From positions 2,728,001 to 2,792,000 of the forward strand of contig NC_086097.1 in the NCBI RefSeq assembly GCF_963921235.1: a stretch of DNA of 64,000 nt. Direction: 5' to 3'. Below the pieces are notes generated by a model. That model did not search any database, was not told where the DNA came from, and was given only the letters and a program-made list of their open reading frames with translations. This document shows, piece by piece, positions 36,806 to 48,169 of the stretch (position 1 is its first letter; each line of letters opens with the position of its first letter). This DNA is from Mobula hypostoma (lineage: Eukaryota). The position numbers and the translations under genes were made by a program.

Positions 36806-38395
36806 CAACATACATCAAAGTTGCTGGTGAATGCAGCAGGCCAGGCAGCATCTATAGGAAGAGGTGCAGTCGACGTTTCAGGCCGAGACCCTTCGTCAGG
36901 ACTAACTGAAGGAAGAGTGAGTAAGGGATTTGAAAGCTGGAGGGGGAGGGGGAGATGCAAAATGATAGGAGAAGACAGGAGGGGGAGGGATGGAGCCAAG
37001 AGCTGGACAGGTGATAGGCAAAAGGGGATACGAGAGGATCACGGGACAGGAGGTCCGGGAAGAAAGACAAGGGGGGGGTGACCCAGAGGGTGGGCAAGAG
37101 GTATATTCAGAGGGACAGAGGGAGAAAAAGGAGAGTGAGAGAAAGAATGTGTGCATAAAAATGAGTAACAGATGGGGTACAAGGGGGAGGTGGGGCCTTA
37201 GCGGAAGTTAGAGAAGTCGATGTTCATGCCATCAGGTTGGAGGCTACCCAGACGGAATATAAGGTGTTGTTCCTCCAACCTGAGTGTGGCTTCACCTTTA
37301 CAGTAGAGGAGGCCGTGGATAGACATGTCAGAATGGGAATGGGATGTGGAATTAAAATGTGTGGCCACTGGGAGATCCTGCTTTCTCTGGCGGACAGAGC
37401 GTAGATGTTCAGCAAAGCGGTCTCCCAGTCTGCGTCGGGTCTCACCAATATATAAAAGGCCACATCGGGAGCACCGGACGCAGTATATCACCCCAGTCGA
37501 CTCACAGGTGAAGTGATGCCTCACCTGGAAGGACTGTTTGGGGCCCTGAATGGTGGTAAGGGAGGAAGTGTAAGGGCATGTGTAGCACTTGTTCCGCTTA
37601 CACGGATAAGTGCCAAGAGGGAGATCAGCGGGGAGGGATGGGGGGGACGAATGGAGAAGGGAGTTGTGTAGGGATCGATCCCTGCGGAATGCAGAGGGGG
37701 AGGGAGGGAAAGATGTGCTTAGTGGTGGGATCCCGTTGGAGGTGGCGGAAGTTATGGAGAATAATATGTTGGACCCGGAGGCTGGTGGGGTGGTAGGTGA
37801 GGACCAGGGGAACCCTATTCCTAGTGGGGTGGTGGGAGGATGGAGTGAGAGCAGATGTACGTGAAATGGGGGAGATGCGTTTAAGAGCAGAGTTGATAGT
37901 GGAGGAAGGGAAGCCCCTTTCTTTAAAAAAGGAAGACATCTCCCTTGTCCTAGAATGAAAAGTCTCATCCTGAGAGCAGATGCGGCGGAGACGGAGGAAT
38001 TGCGAGAAGGGGATGGCGTTTTTGCAAGAGACAGGGTGAGAAGAGGAATAGTCCAGATAGCTGTGAGAGTCAGTAGGCTTATAGTAGACATCAGTGGATA
38101 AGCTGTCTCCAGAGATAGAGACAGAAAGATCTAGAAAGGGGAGGGAGGTGTCGGAAATGGACCAGGCAAACTTGAGGGCAGGGTGAAAGTTGGAGGCAAA
38201 GTTAATAAAGTCAACGAGTTCTGCATGCGTGCAGGAAGCAGTGCCAATGCAGTCGTCGATGTAGCGAAGGAAAAGTGGGGGACAGATACCAGAATAGGCA
38301 CGGAACATAGATTGTTCCACAAACCCAACAAAAAGGCAGGCATAGCTAGGACCCATATGTGTGCCCATAGCTACACCTTTAGTTTGGAGGAAGTG
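36806..38395 (-). mobile_element. Penelope-like (Neptune-type) element, 5'-truncated: RT (MGTHMGPSYA, RYIDD), thumb and GIY-YIG, one frameshift near 37700
   Basis: ORFs 37625-38368 and 37198-38091 include CKRNKCYTC and VIYCVRCSRCGLLYIGET...RFAEH. Confidence 0.92.
36868..36903 (-). ncRNA. Minimal type I hammerhead ribozyme motif
   Basis: Intact AGTC-CTGACGA...GAAACGTC-GACT on the minus strand. Confidence 0.75.
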
Positions 38396-38783
38396 TTATG
38401 TGTCATTTAAATGTCGTGTTCAGTATTTGACATAGCTGCATCGGTATGTTGAGACCAGGTTAGATCCTCAGAGATCTTGACACCCAGGAACTATAAACTG
38501 CTCACTCTCTCCACTTCTGATCCCTCCATAAAGATTGGTTCGTGTTACCTCGTCTTACCCTTCCTGAACTCCACATCCAACTCTTCCGTCTTACAGACAT
38601 TGAGTGGAAGGTCGTTGCTGTGACACCGCTTAACTAGCTGCTATATTTCATTTCTTCTTCATCTGAGATTCTACCAACAAAGGTTGTACCATCAACAAAC
38701 TTACAGGTATCATTTGAGTTATACTGAGCCACACAGTCATGAGTACAGAGGAGTAGAGCAGGTAAAATTACCTCCTATAACAA
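38396..38783 (-). repeat. Old, decayed Rex1-type LINE RT fragment lying between the Penelope arms
   Basis: Minus strand resembles the LLYSL.T.DCVA...KFVD.T...ELDVEFRK...LGV.ISEDL region also seen in young Rex copies at 45200-45520. Confidence 0.6.
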
Positions 38784-40246
38784 CCTGCACGCATGCAGAG
38801 CTCGTTGACTTTATTAACTTTGCCTCCAACTTTCACCCTGCCCTCAAGTTTACCTGGTCCATTTCCGACACCTCCCTTCCCTTTCTAGATCTTTCTGTCT
38901 CTGTCTCTGGAGACAGTTTATCTACTGATGTCTACTATAAGCCTACTGACTCTCACAGCTATCTGGACTATTCCTCTTTTCACCCTGTCTCTTGCAAAAA
39001 TGCCATCCCCTTCTCGCAATTCCTCTGTCTCCGCCGCATCTGCTCTCAGGATGAGGCTTTTCATTCTAGGACGAGGGAGATGTCTTCCGTTTTTAAAGAA
39101 AGGGGCTTCCCTTCCTCCACTATAAACTCTGCTCTTAAACACATCTCCCCCATTTCACGTACATCTGCTCTCACTCCATCCTCCCACCACCCCACTAGGA
39201 ATAGGGTTCCCCTGGTCCTCACCTACCACCCCACCAGCCTCCGGGTCCAACATATTATTCTCCGTAACTTCCGCCACCTCCAACGGGATCCCACCACTAA
39301 GCACATCTTTCCCTCCCCCCCCCCTGCATTCCGCAGGGATCGCTCCCTACACAACTCCCTTGTCCATTCGTCCCCCCCATCCTTCCCCGCTGATCTCCCT
39401 CCTGGCACTTATCTGTGTAAGCGGAACAAGTGCTACACATGCCCTTACACTTCCTCCCTTACCACCATTCAGGGCCCCAAACAGTCCTTCCAGGTGAGGC
39501 ATCACTTCACCTGTGAGTCGACTGGGGTGATATACTGCGTCCGGTGCTCCCGATGTGGCCTTTTATATATTGGTGAGACCCAACGCAGACTGGGAGACCG
39601 CTTTGCTGAACATCTACGCTCTGTCCGCCAGAGAAAGCAGGATCTCCCAGTGGCCACACATTTTAATTCCACATCCCATTCCCATTCTGACATGTCTGTC
39701 CACAGCCTCCTCTACTGTGGAGATGAAGCCACACTCAGGTTGGAGGAACAACACCTTATGTTCCGTCTGGGTAGCCTCCAACCTGATGGCATGAACATCG
39801 ACTTCTCTAACTTCCGCTAAGGCCCCACCTCCCCCTCGTACCCCATCTGTTACTCATTTTTATGCACACATTCTTTCTCTCACTCTCCTTTTTCTCCCTC
39901 TGTCCCTCTGAATATACCTCTTGCCCATCCTCTGGGTCACCCCCCCCCGTCTTTCTTCCCGGACCTCCTGTCCCATGATCCTCTCGTATCCCCTTTTGCC
40001 TATCACCTGTCCAGCTCTCGGCTCCATCCCTCCCCCTCCTGTCTTCTCCTATCATTTTGGATCTCCCCCTCCCCCTCCAACTTTCAAATCCCTTACTCAC
40101 TCTTCCTTCAGTTAGTCCTGACGAAGGGTCTCGGCCTGAAACGTCAACTGCGCCTCTTCCTAGAGATGCTGCCTAGCCTGCTGCGTTCACCAGCAACTTT
40201 GATGTATGTTGCTTGAATTTCCAGCATCTGCAGAATTCCTGTTGTT
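38784..40246 (+). mobile_element. Penelope-like (Neptune-type) element, 5'-truncated, open frame to the stop at 39820; 3' UTR with hammerhead at 40114-40149
   Basis: ORF 38684-39820 (its first ~33 codons come from filler DNA) has LPFLDL, YYKPTD and GIY-YIG motifs. Confidence 0.92.
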
Positions 40247-40364
40247 CAAGGATTGCCAAGTCTCTTTCCATCTCAGTTTTTTGTATTTTCTCTCCATTTA
40301 GAAAATGGTCAACCCATTTATTTCTTCATCTGAAGTGCATGACCATACACTTCCCAACACTGCA

Positions 40365-41160
40365 GGAGGCTGAAGGTCTCGTCTGATGCTGCAAGGAGAA
40401 ATGGACTAGGGCAAAGGAGACTTGGTAGGCCTCCACCCGGAAAAGCTAACTGCAAGAGAAGACAGGGACCAGCATTGCAGTTTGGGAAATAGGTCTGGCT
40501 GTCTGCTGAGGATTTGCCTCTCTGGGTGGCTTACACCTTGCAGCTCCCCAAGACCCTCAAAATCAATCGCACTTTCCACATTCCAAGTTAAAACCTGTGA
40601 ACACCAGTCCTTTAGCCGCACCACCCTCAGTCCCACCACCACCCAGGTTTGTCTCTGCATTTCAGGTCTTCACCGTGAGAAGAGGTTTGGATTCATGATC
40701 TGTCCTGAGTGTTCAGCAGTTCCTCATGGACTGGGCAGGATTCGGACCCGAGGAACAGTGCTGGGTTCCTGAAAGGGGCATCTTGGATCCAGCTCCCATC
40801 CATGACTACCATCACCATCTATCTGAACAATCAGGGCCACCAGGAGTCGGCCGTAGGGGAGGGGGTCCAGTAACAACACCCACCCAACCACACCAGCTTC
40901 CAGGTTTTAGACTCTCAAACTCTCTGAAATCTGGGTAACCGGCACGACCCCTTTAAGGGTTCAGGACTGCCCCACTAATGTTTAATATTTGAGAAGCAGC
41001 TGAAGGGAGGTTCAGTGCTCAATCATCAGCTCTGTTTGGATTGTTGTCTAGTGTCTAGTTCAGTCCTCTGTTCTAATTTCAGTCTTGCATTGTGTCTCGA
41101 TTCCAGCCTCAGATACGCCAGCACTTGGGCCCAACCATCTCACCTGGGTCTCTCATCACG
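40365..41160 (+). mobile_element. Chromovirus-like Gypsy 3' fragment (integrase end, chromodomain, PPT, probable LTR)
   Basis: [28 protein letters not shown] chromodomain-like peptide; polypurine tract AGGGGAGGGGG at ~40855-40865. Confidence 0.6.
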
Positions 41161-42604
41161 TGTAAGGCATCAGACCACAAGACCCTACGAGAATTGTAAA
41201 TACCGACAAGAGGATCATCAGAGTTTTCCTCCCCACTAGTTGTGCCATTTACCAGGAGCGTTGTGGACGAAGGACCCGTAGCATTGTTGAGGATCTCTAC
41301 CACCCACCCCACAGTCTCTTTGACACACTACCATCAGGAAGGAGGTACAGGAACACCAGGACTAGGACTATCAGACTGGGTTTACCACTATTTGTTGAAT
41401 AGAGTTACAGTTCTTCCTGAATTTAATTCTTTCACTGCGAATTAATTCACTTAAAAAAAAAGACTCTGTTGGGTTAAGGGCGAAAGGTGAAAAGTTTAAG
41501 GGGAACATGAGGAGAAACTTCTTCACTCAGAAGGTGGTGAGAGTGTGGAACGAACTGCCAGCACAAGTGGCAACATTTCAACATTTTCAACATTTAAGAG
41601 AAATTTGGATAGGCATGTGGATGGGGGGTGGGGTGGTGTTATGGAGGGCTGTGGACCAGGTGGAGGTCTATTGGACAAGGCAGTTTAATGGTTTGGTACA
41701 GACTAGATGGGTCAAAGGTTTTTTTTTATGCTGTAGTGTTTTATGACTCTATGAATCTAATTTTTATTGTTTTCTCTCAGATTCATCACAAGAGAGAATC
41801 AGAATCAGGTTCATTATCACTGGCATGTGTTGTTAAAATTTGTTAACTTAGCAGCAGCAGTTCAATGTAATACATGACAATATCCAAAGAAAAAAATAAG
41901 TAAATATATGAGAGTAAGTATATATATGTATATTGAAAAGATTAAAGAAGAGAAAAACAGAAATAGTATATATTTTTTAAAAAGTAAGGCAATGTTCATG
42001 CGTTCAATGTCCATTTAGGAATTGGATGGCAGAGGGGAAGAAGCTGTACCTGAATCGCTGAGTGTGTGTCTTCAGGCTTCTGTATCTCCCACTTGATGGC
42101 AGCATGTCCTGCATGCTGGGGATCCTTAATAATGGATGTTGCCTTTGAGGCATCGCTCCTTGAAGATGTCTTGGGTATTACATAGGCTAGTACCCAAGAT
42201 GGAGCTGGCTAATTTTACAACATTCTGGAGCACTTTCAGTTCTGTGCAGCCAAATCTCTGAGTACACGTTATAAAGCAATTGCAACATTCCAATGAGTGA
42301 TAATAATAACTTTGCACCTCTTTCCGCTGTACTGGCTGGCTTGTCTATATTCCCACCGTACTGAATTAGTACTGGGAGATATGATGTGGTGGCCATTACA
42401 GAGACTTGGATGGCTCAGGGACAGGAATGGTTACTTCAAGTGCCAGGTTTTAGATGTTTCAGAAAGGACAGGGAGGGAGGCAAAAGAGGTGGGGGTGTGG
42501 CACTGTTGATCAGAGATAGTGTCATGGCTGCAGAAAAGGTGGACATCATGGAGGGATTGTCTACAGAGTCTCTGTGGGTGGAGGTTAGGAACAGCAAGGG
42601 GTCA

Positions 42605-43110
42605 CAGCTATAAAGGAGGGTGGTGACACAGACCGCTTGGTATACGGCGACCTTTGTGGAGGGACAAAGGCTCCTGTTCTGAAAGACTCTACGCTGAAGT
42701 CTCCCAAAGGCAGCTGATGTCTGTTTAATGTGGCTCTGGATGTCGTTGTCAATGCCGCTATCCTCAGAGAGAATGCTCCCCAGATATTGAAAGATGGCAC
42801 TACTGACAGCTTTTCATCACCAGCAGTGAAGGCAGGTAGAGTGGGTGGGACACTGGTACTCGGTTGGCAAACCACTTCTGTCTTGGTGGTATTGACAGTC
42901 AGCCCCATCCTGCTGTACGCTCTCACCACCACGGCAAGAACAGTCTGAAGATCCTCCGGAGTGTGGGCCACAAGAGCACAGTCGTCTGCATACTGCAGCT
43001 CCAGGACCCGCTCTCTATGGAGTTTGGTGGTTGCGTGGAGCCTCCTGATGTCAAAGAGGTTGCCATCTAATCTGATGTCCACTGCCACACCGCTGCTGTC
43101 TTCAATCTCG
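42605..43110 (-). mobile_element. RTE-clade LINE RT fragment, abutting a plus-strand CR1 endonuclease fragment (~42375-42605)
   Basis: RLDGNLFDIRRL...ELQYADDCALVAH...GLTVNTTKTEV. Confidence 0.8.
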
Positions 43111-44149
43111 TTCTGTGTACTACAACAAAGGTAAAATGGGCCCCATTATCCAAATGACACATCACTTTTCTACAGCCACATCTTTCTTCAGCTCGCTCTA
43201 AAGAGATGGTGGAGCAGAAGCTCTTCTTAATTGGTTGGTACAAGAGAGAATCGAGTACATTCTTGACCTATTGGAAACACTTTCACAGTCATCACCAAGG
43301 CAACAGCATAAAGTCAGCAAATTCAACATCATGGTATCATAATCTTACTGATCAGTAAAATTGCGAATGAAAGAAATATGGCTGATACATTAATCCTTGG
43401 AAACCAGAGGGAAAACTTTCAGTTCTAATTAAATGTTGCTGAGATTGGGCTGTTCAAAGTAAATTTATTATGGAAGTACGTATATGTCATCATTTTCTTG
43501 AGGGAATTCACAGTAAATATAAAGAAACACGATAGAATCAGTAAAAGACCACAACCAAGAGGACAACAGCTCAGGTGCAAAAGACGACAAACGGAGCAAA
43601 TACATAAATAAATAAGCAATAAATATCGAGAATTTAAACTGTTGAGTACTTGAAAGTGAGTCCGTAGGTCGCGGTTGTCATCATCATATGATGTAGAAAC
43701 AGGTCCTTTGGCTCAAAGAATATGTGCCGACTATTTGCATTCATTTCTGCCACTAATCCATTTACGGAAGTCAAAAGCTGATAACCCTGCATGTTTAAGA
43801 TATTTGAGGAAACTGGGACATCCGTCTGGTATGGAGGGGCCACTACACAACATCAGAAAAAGCTGCAGAAAGTTTTAAACTTAGACAGTTCCATCATGGG
43901 CACCCAGCTCTCCTGTGTTGAGGACATCTTCAAAAGGCAATGCCTCAAAAGAGGTAACATTCATCATGAAGGACCTACATCACTCAGGACATACCCCCTT
44001 TTCATTGCTACCATCAAGGAGCAGGTACAGGATCCCAAAGACACACACTCAATGTTTCAAGAAGATGTTTCTTCCCCTCACCATCAGATTTCTGAAGGGA
44101 CAATGAACCAATGTACACTACCTCAATACTTTTTTTTGCTCTCTCTGTA

Positions 44150-45592
44150 ACACGGCATCATCAGCAAGTGCATCGATGACATCAGTGTCCAAGACCATCA
44201 CTACACGCGCTAATCAGAAGCCATGGATGACTGCGGAGGTGCGTGCGCTGCTGAGGACCCGTGACTCCACCTTCAGAGCAGGTGACAAGGCAGCCCTATC
44301 AACAGCGAGGGCCAAATTGCCCCGGGCCATCAGAGAGGCAAAGCGTGCACACGCCCAGCGAATCCACAGCCACTTCCAGGACAGTGGAGACACACGGCGC
44401 ATGTGGAAGGGCATTCAGGACATCACCAACTACAAGACGACAACACCTGCCTGTGCTGGTGATGCCTCCCTCCCAGTTGTGTTGAACAACTTCTACGCTC
44501 GTTTTGAGGTGGAAAATGACGTGGCGGCGAGGAAGACCACCCCTCTTCCAAATGACCAGGTGCTGTGTCTTACCGTGGCCGATATGAGGAGAACCCTGTG
44601 CAGGGTCAACCCACGGAAGGCTGCTGGACCAGACAATATTCCTGGCAGAGTGCTCAGAGGATGTGCAGACCAGCTAGCTGAGATTCTCACTGACATCTTC
44701 AACATCTCCCTGAGCAGCGCCGTTGTTCCAACGTGCTTCAAGGCTGCCACCATCGTCCCCGTGCCGAAGAAGTCTTCAGTGTCCTGCCTCAACCACTACC
44801 GTCCCGTTCACTCACATCCAACATCATGAAGTGTTTCGAGAGGCTCATCATGAGGCACATCAAGACCCTGCTGCCCCCCTCACTGGACCCCCTGCAGTTT
44901 GCGTACCGTCCCAACTGTTCAACAGACAACGCCATCGCCATCACCCTCCACCTGGCCTTAACCCACCTGGACAAAAAAGACACGTTGGTTCAAATGCTGT
45001 TCATAGACTTCAGTTCAGCATTCAACACAATCATTCCTCAGAAACTGATTGGAAAGCTGAGCCTACTGGGCCTGAACACCTCCCTCTGCAACTGGATCCT
45101 AGACTTCCTGACTGGGAGACCTCAGTCAGTCCGGATCGGGAGCAGCATCTCCAACACCATCACACAGAGCACGGGGGCTCCCCAAGGCTGTGTGGTCAGT
45201 CCACTGCTGTTCACTCTGCTGACCCACGACTGTGCTGCAACACACAGCTCGAACCACATCATCAAATTCACCGATGACACGACCGTGGTGGGTCTCATCA
45301 GCGAGAACAATGAGTCAGCATACAGAGAGGAGGTGCAGCGGCTAACAGACTGGTGCAGAGTCAACAACCTGTCTCTGAATGTGAACAAAACAAAAGAGAT
45401 GGTTGTTGACTTCAGGAGGACACGGAACGACCACTCTCCGCTGGACATCAACATCTCCTCCGTATAGATCGTTAAGAGCACCGAATTTCTTGGTGTTCAC
45501 CTGGCGGAGAATCTCACCTGGTCCCTCAACACCAGCTCCATAGCAAAGAAAGCCCAGCAGCGTCTCTACTTTCTGTGAAGGCTGAGAAAAGT
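44150..45592 (+). mobile_element. Relatively young Rex1/Babar LINE internal fragment (RT)
   Basis: ORFs 44176-44829 and 44733-45467 are separated by one frameshift. Motifs [29 protein letters not shown] and KFTDDT. Confidence 0.9.
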
Positions 45593-45656
45593 GTGTTATA
45601 GTATTAATATTATTAAAAGTTAGGATGCAACGTAAGCGACGTGTAACGTGACAAAT

Positions 45657-46020
45657 CTAACAAAGGAGGTGTAAGGTGCGCCTTCCCTCCGCCAGCGGGC
45701 AGCTCACCTTTGGACAGGTGTAGCACCTGCTTAGACCCCCACCCCCCTCCCAAATCAGGGTCACGTGAAGCCGTGGGAGCTGGGAGTTGGATGGTCGTAT
45801 GAACAGCTGGTTCATATCACAAGTCTGGTTATGCGACCACTGACTCCAGGCAAACAATCTCTGAGAGTATTGATAATGGCTGGAGTCACCAGTCTTGTAG
45901 AGACACTGCCCAGAAGAAGGTAATGGCAAACCATTTCTACAGAAAAAATTTCCAAGAACAATTATGGTCAAAGACAGATGGAAGTCCATGATCACCCATG
46001 TCACATGGCACAGTGATGAC
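45657..46020 (+). mobile_element. Probable RTE-related non-autonomous retroposon
   Basis: Contains GAAGAAGGTAATGGCAAACCA, similar to the conserved RTE/Bov-A terminal motif, and a short (TGA)n-like tail. Confidence 0.4.
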
Positions 46021-46226
46021 GATTTGGGCGTAACAAGATTTTGAAGTTAACTTTTAAACTTTTCTGAGAATAAACGCATAAATTTATCGAAAGGGAAACT
46101 AGAATATAGTGGAAATGCTTAGTAGGTCAGGTAGCATCAAGTTCAAATTCAAAACTTATTGTCATCTGATTGTACTAATCAAACAAAGCAACTTTCATCC
46201 AGAACATGATACACCCACTAAACATA

Positions 46227-47039
46227 TGCACCCTGGTTAAGATTTTACTGCTAATACAGTAGGGAATTTCATTCAGTAGCTTTCTGTAAAAGCAGTGTGT
46301 CCTGCTCGTAGAATGTTTGGACTTTGGCTTAAGATAAGGGGCTATGGTATTCGATTTAGGAATATTGTGTCAGCTGATCAGGATGGTGGAATTGGGAGAA
46401 GGTTCCAGAGGAAGCTGAGTGGAGAGAGATTTGGGGCAGACAGTGACTCGGGGGGGGTGGGGTTCATGGGCTTTTTGGCAGGAGGTGCAGAGAGGAAAAG
46501 ATCGGAAGAGACAGCCATAGGATTCAATCCGATGAGAAGACACGATTGCAAGGCTTGCTTCACGAGAGGAAGGACTCTAGGATGGGAAGTTCTACCGGTG
46601 ATGTGTGATGAGAATTCAGTGCCACGAGTAATGGTCATGCCCAGCTTCTGGACAATGGAAAGTCCGACGCATGTGCGCAGTTAGACTAATTTAATTGTAA
46701 TGGTCCCTTTTATTTTTTCTTTTCTTTTTTTCCTCTTAATAACAGTTTGATAAAGCTGATATTAGTAACTATGTTTTCTTTATAATTGTATGCAGTGTAT
46801 GATCTATTATTTCTTGCTGATGGATAATTGTGTATGGGCAGCATTTACACAGCATTTGCTCAATCTGTGCTTCTGTTAGTCAAAACATCCCAACTTTCCT
46901 TTTTGGTTGAACCCAAACCATACAGGCCCCAGATGTACATTGTTTAAGAAAGGTGGCCTGCTCGCACTGAGTCCAGTGGCTGTTAGCAGAGCTGGCTAAC
47001 GAGCCAAGTTTGCATGTGAGCTTGGTGATCAGGAGTACA
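46227..47039 (+). repeat. 5' LTR
   Basis: TG...TACA; direct repeat of 62609-63411. Confidence 0.9.
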
Positions 47040-47043
47040 TTTG

Positions 47044-47061
47044 TGGGGGCTTATCTGGGAT
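47044..47061 (+). promoter_or_regulatory. Primer-binding site, tRNA-Pro
   Basis: TGGGGGCTTATCTGGGAT versus the canonical Pro PBS TGGGGGCTCGTCCGGGAT. All three mismatches are CpG-type transitions. Confidence 0.85.
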
Positions 47062-47149
47062 TTTCTGAATGCTGTGTAATGCTGTTTAAATTGACTAAGC
47101 AGTTTATGTATTTAAACTAGTGTCAGGATAAGTGATTAAGGTACTCTAT

Positions 47150-48168
47150 TATGGACACTGCAGGGATTAAGTTTTAGTGTGATTTAAAGAGATTACCCAC
47201 AAATAATGCTGGATACCTGCAGCCTTAATGAATTGCTAATTAGAATGCTAAATTCTGTGAAAGTATTGGGGAAAGTTACGTTGGTTGATTGGTGGTTTGA
47301 TCAATCAGTGGGTAAGGGTTAGTCCAGACTAGTGGTGACGTGACTGAAGTTGTGCTGCCTGATAGGGTAGGGACATCTGGAGAGACAGGGCTACGGGCAC
47401 TCCATAGTTTTAGAGAAAGGGGGCATGTAACTGAGGGTGAAGACATTAAAGACGAATTGTTTGTCGCTGTGGGTGAAGACTTTAAGGACAGATTGTTCTC
47501 GTTTCAGCGAAGTGAGGGGAGGAAGTTGTCTGGTGTGGAAGTTCCAATGGGTCTTCAGTGGATGGTGAACATTCTGGGCTGGTTTCATCAATGACACCAC
47601 CGGAAGATAAATGCCAACGATCCAGCGGAGAGTCAAAGCTATCATTGGCTGAGAATGTTCTCAGGAGTGAAGCCCACCCCTGACGGGGAGGAGGAATATG
47701 AGGCTTGGATGGAGCAGATGTCTCAGTTGCTGGATGAGTGGCAGTGCTCGGATAACATGAAAAGACAGCCGCTGGTAGAGAGCCTAAAGGTTCTGGCTGC
47801 TCCGGTGGTGATGTCCTCAAAGGCAGAGACCCATTGGCTATGTCCGTGGGCTACATGCAAGCGTCAGAAAGCATTTTTGACATGACAGACAGCCCAGCGG
47901 AGCTCAGGGTGAGCACAGGCACGCATTCCAGGAGAAAGGGGAGACACTTTCTGGCCAGAGGGATGGTCGCATTGTTTGTTCAATGGGAAACCGGTCCCAC
48001 TTGCAGGACTTACGAAGCAGAGGGCTGCTACTGACAGGGTCGCTTCACAAGCGAAGCAACCAGCACTTTTTTGTTACAACTGTGGAGAGGATGGAAGTTT
48101 CAAGTGGGAGTGTGAAGGACAGGAAAAAATTTGGAAAGCAACCCAACAGTTACTTAAACAGAAAAGGC
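47150..48168 (+). pseudogene. Gag pseudogene: PNMA-like capsid plus decayed zinc knuckle
   Basis: LRMFSGVKPTPDGEEEYEAWMEQ...WQCSDNMKRQPLVESL and CYNCGEDGSFKWEC. Confidence 0.8.
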
Positions 48169-48169
48169 A

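Larger units (their letters stand above)
36266..40362 (-). mobile_element. CR1 fragment (36266-36805 and 40247-40362) hosting the large Penelope fold-back
   Basis: RMRVDLIKIYRM and LWNSLPQ motifs. The CR1 sequence continues across the TSD. Confidence 0.75.

Noticed and set aside
47655..47885. Domesticated PNMA gene
   Set aside because: It is frameshifted and lies between LTR/PBS and pol of a provirus.
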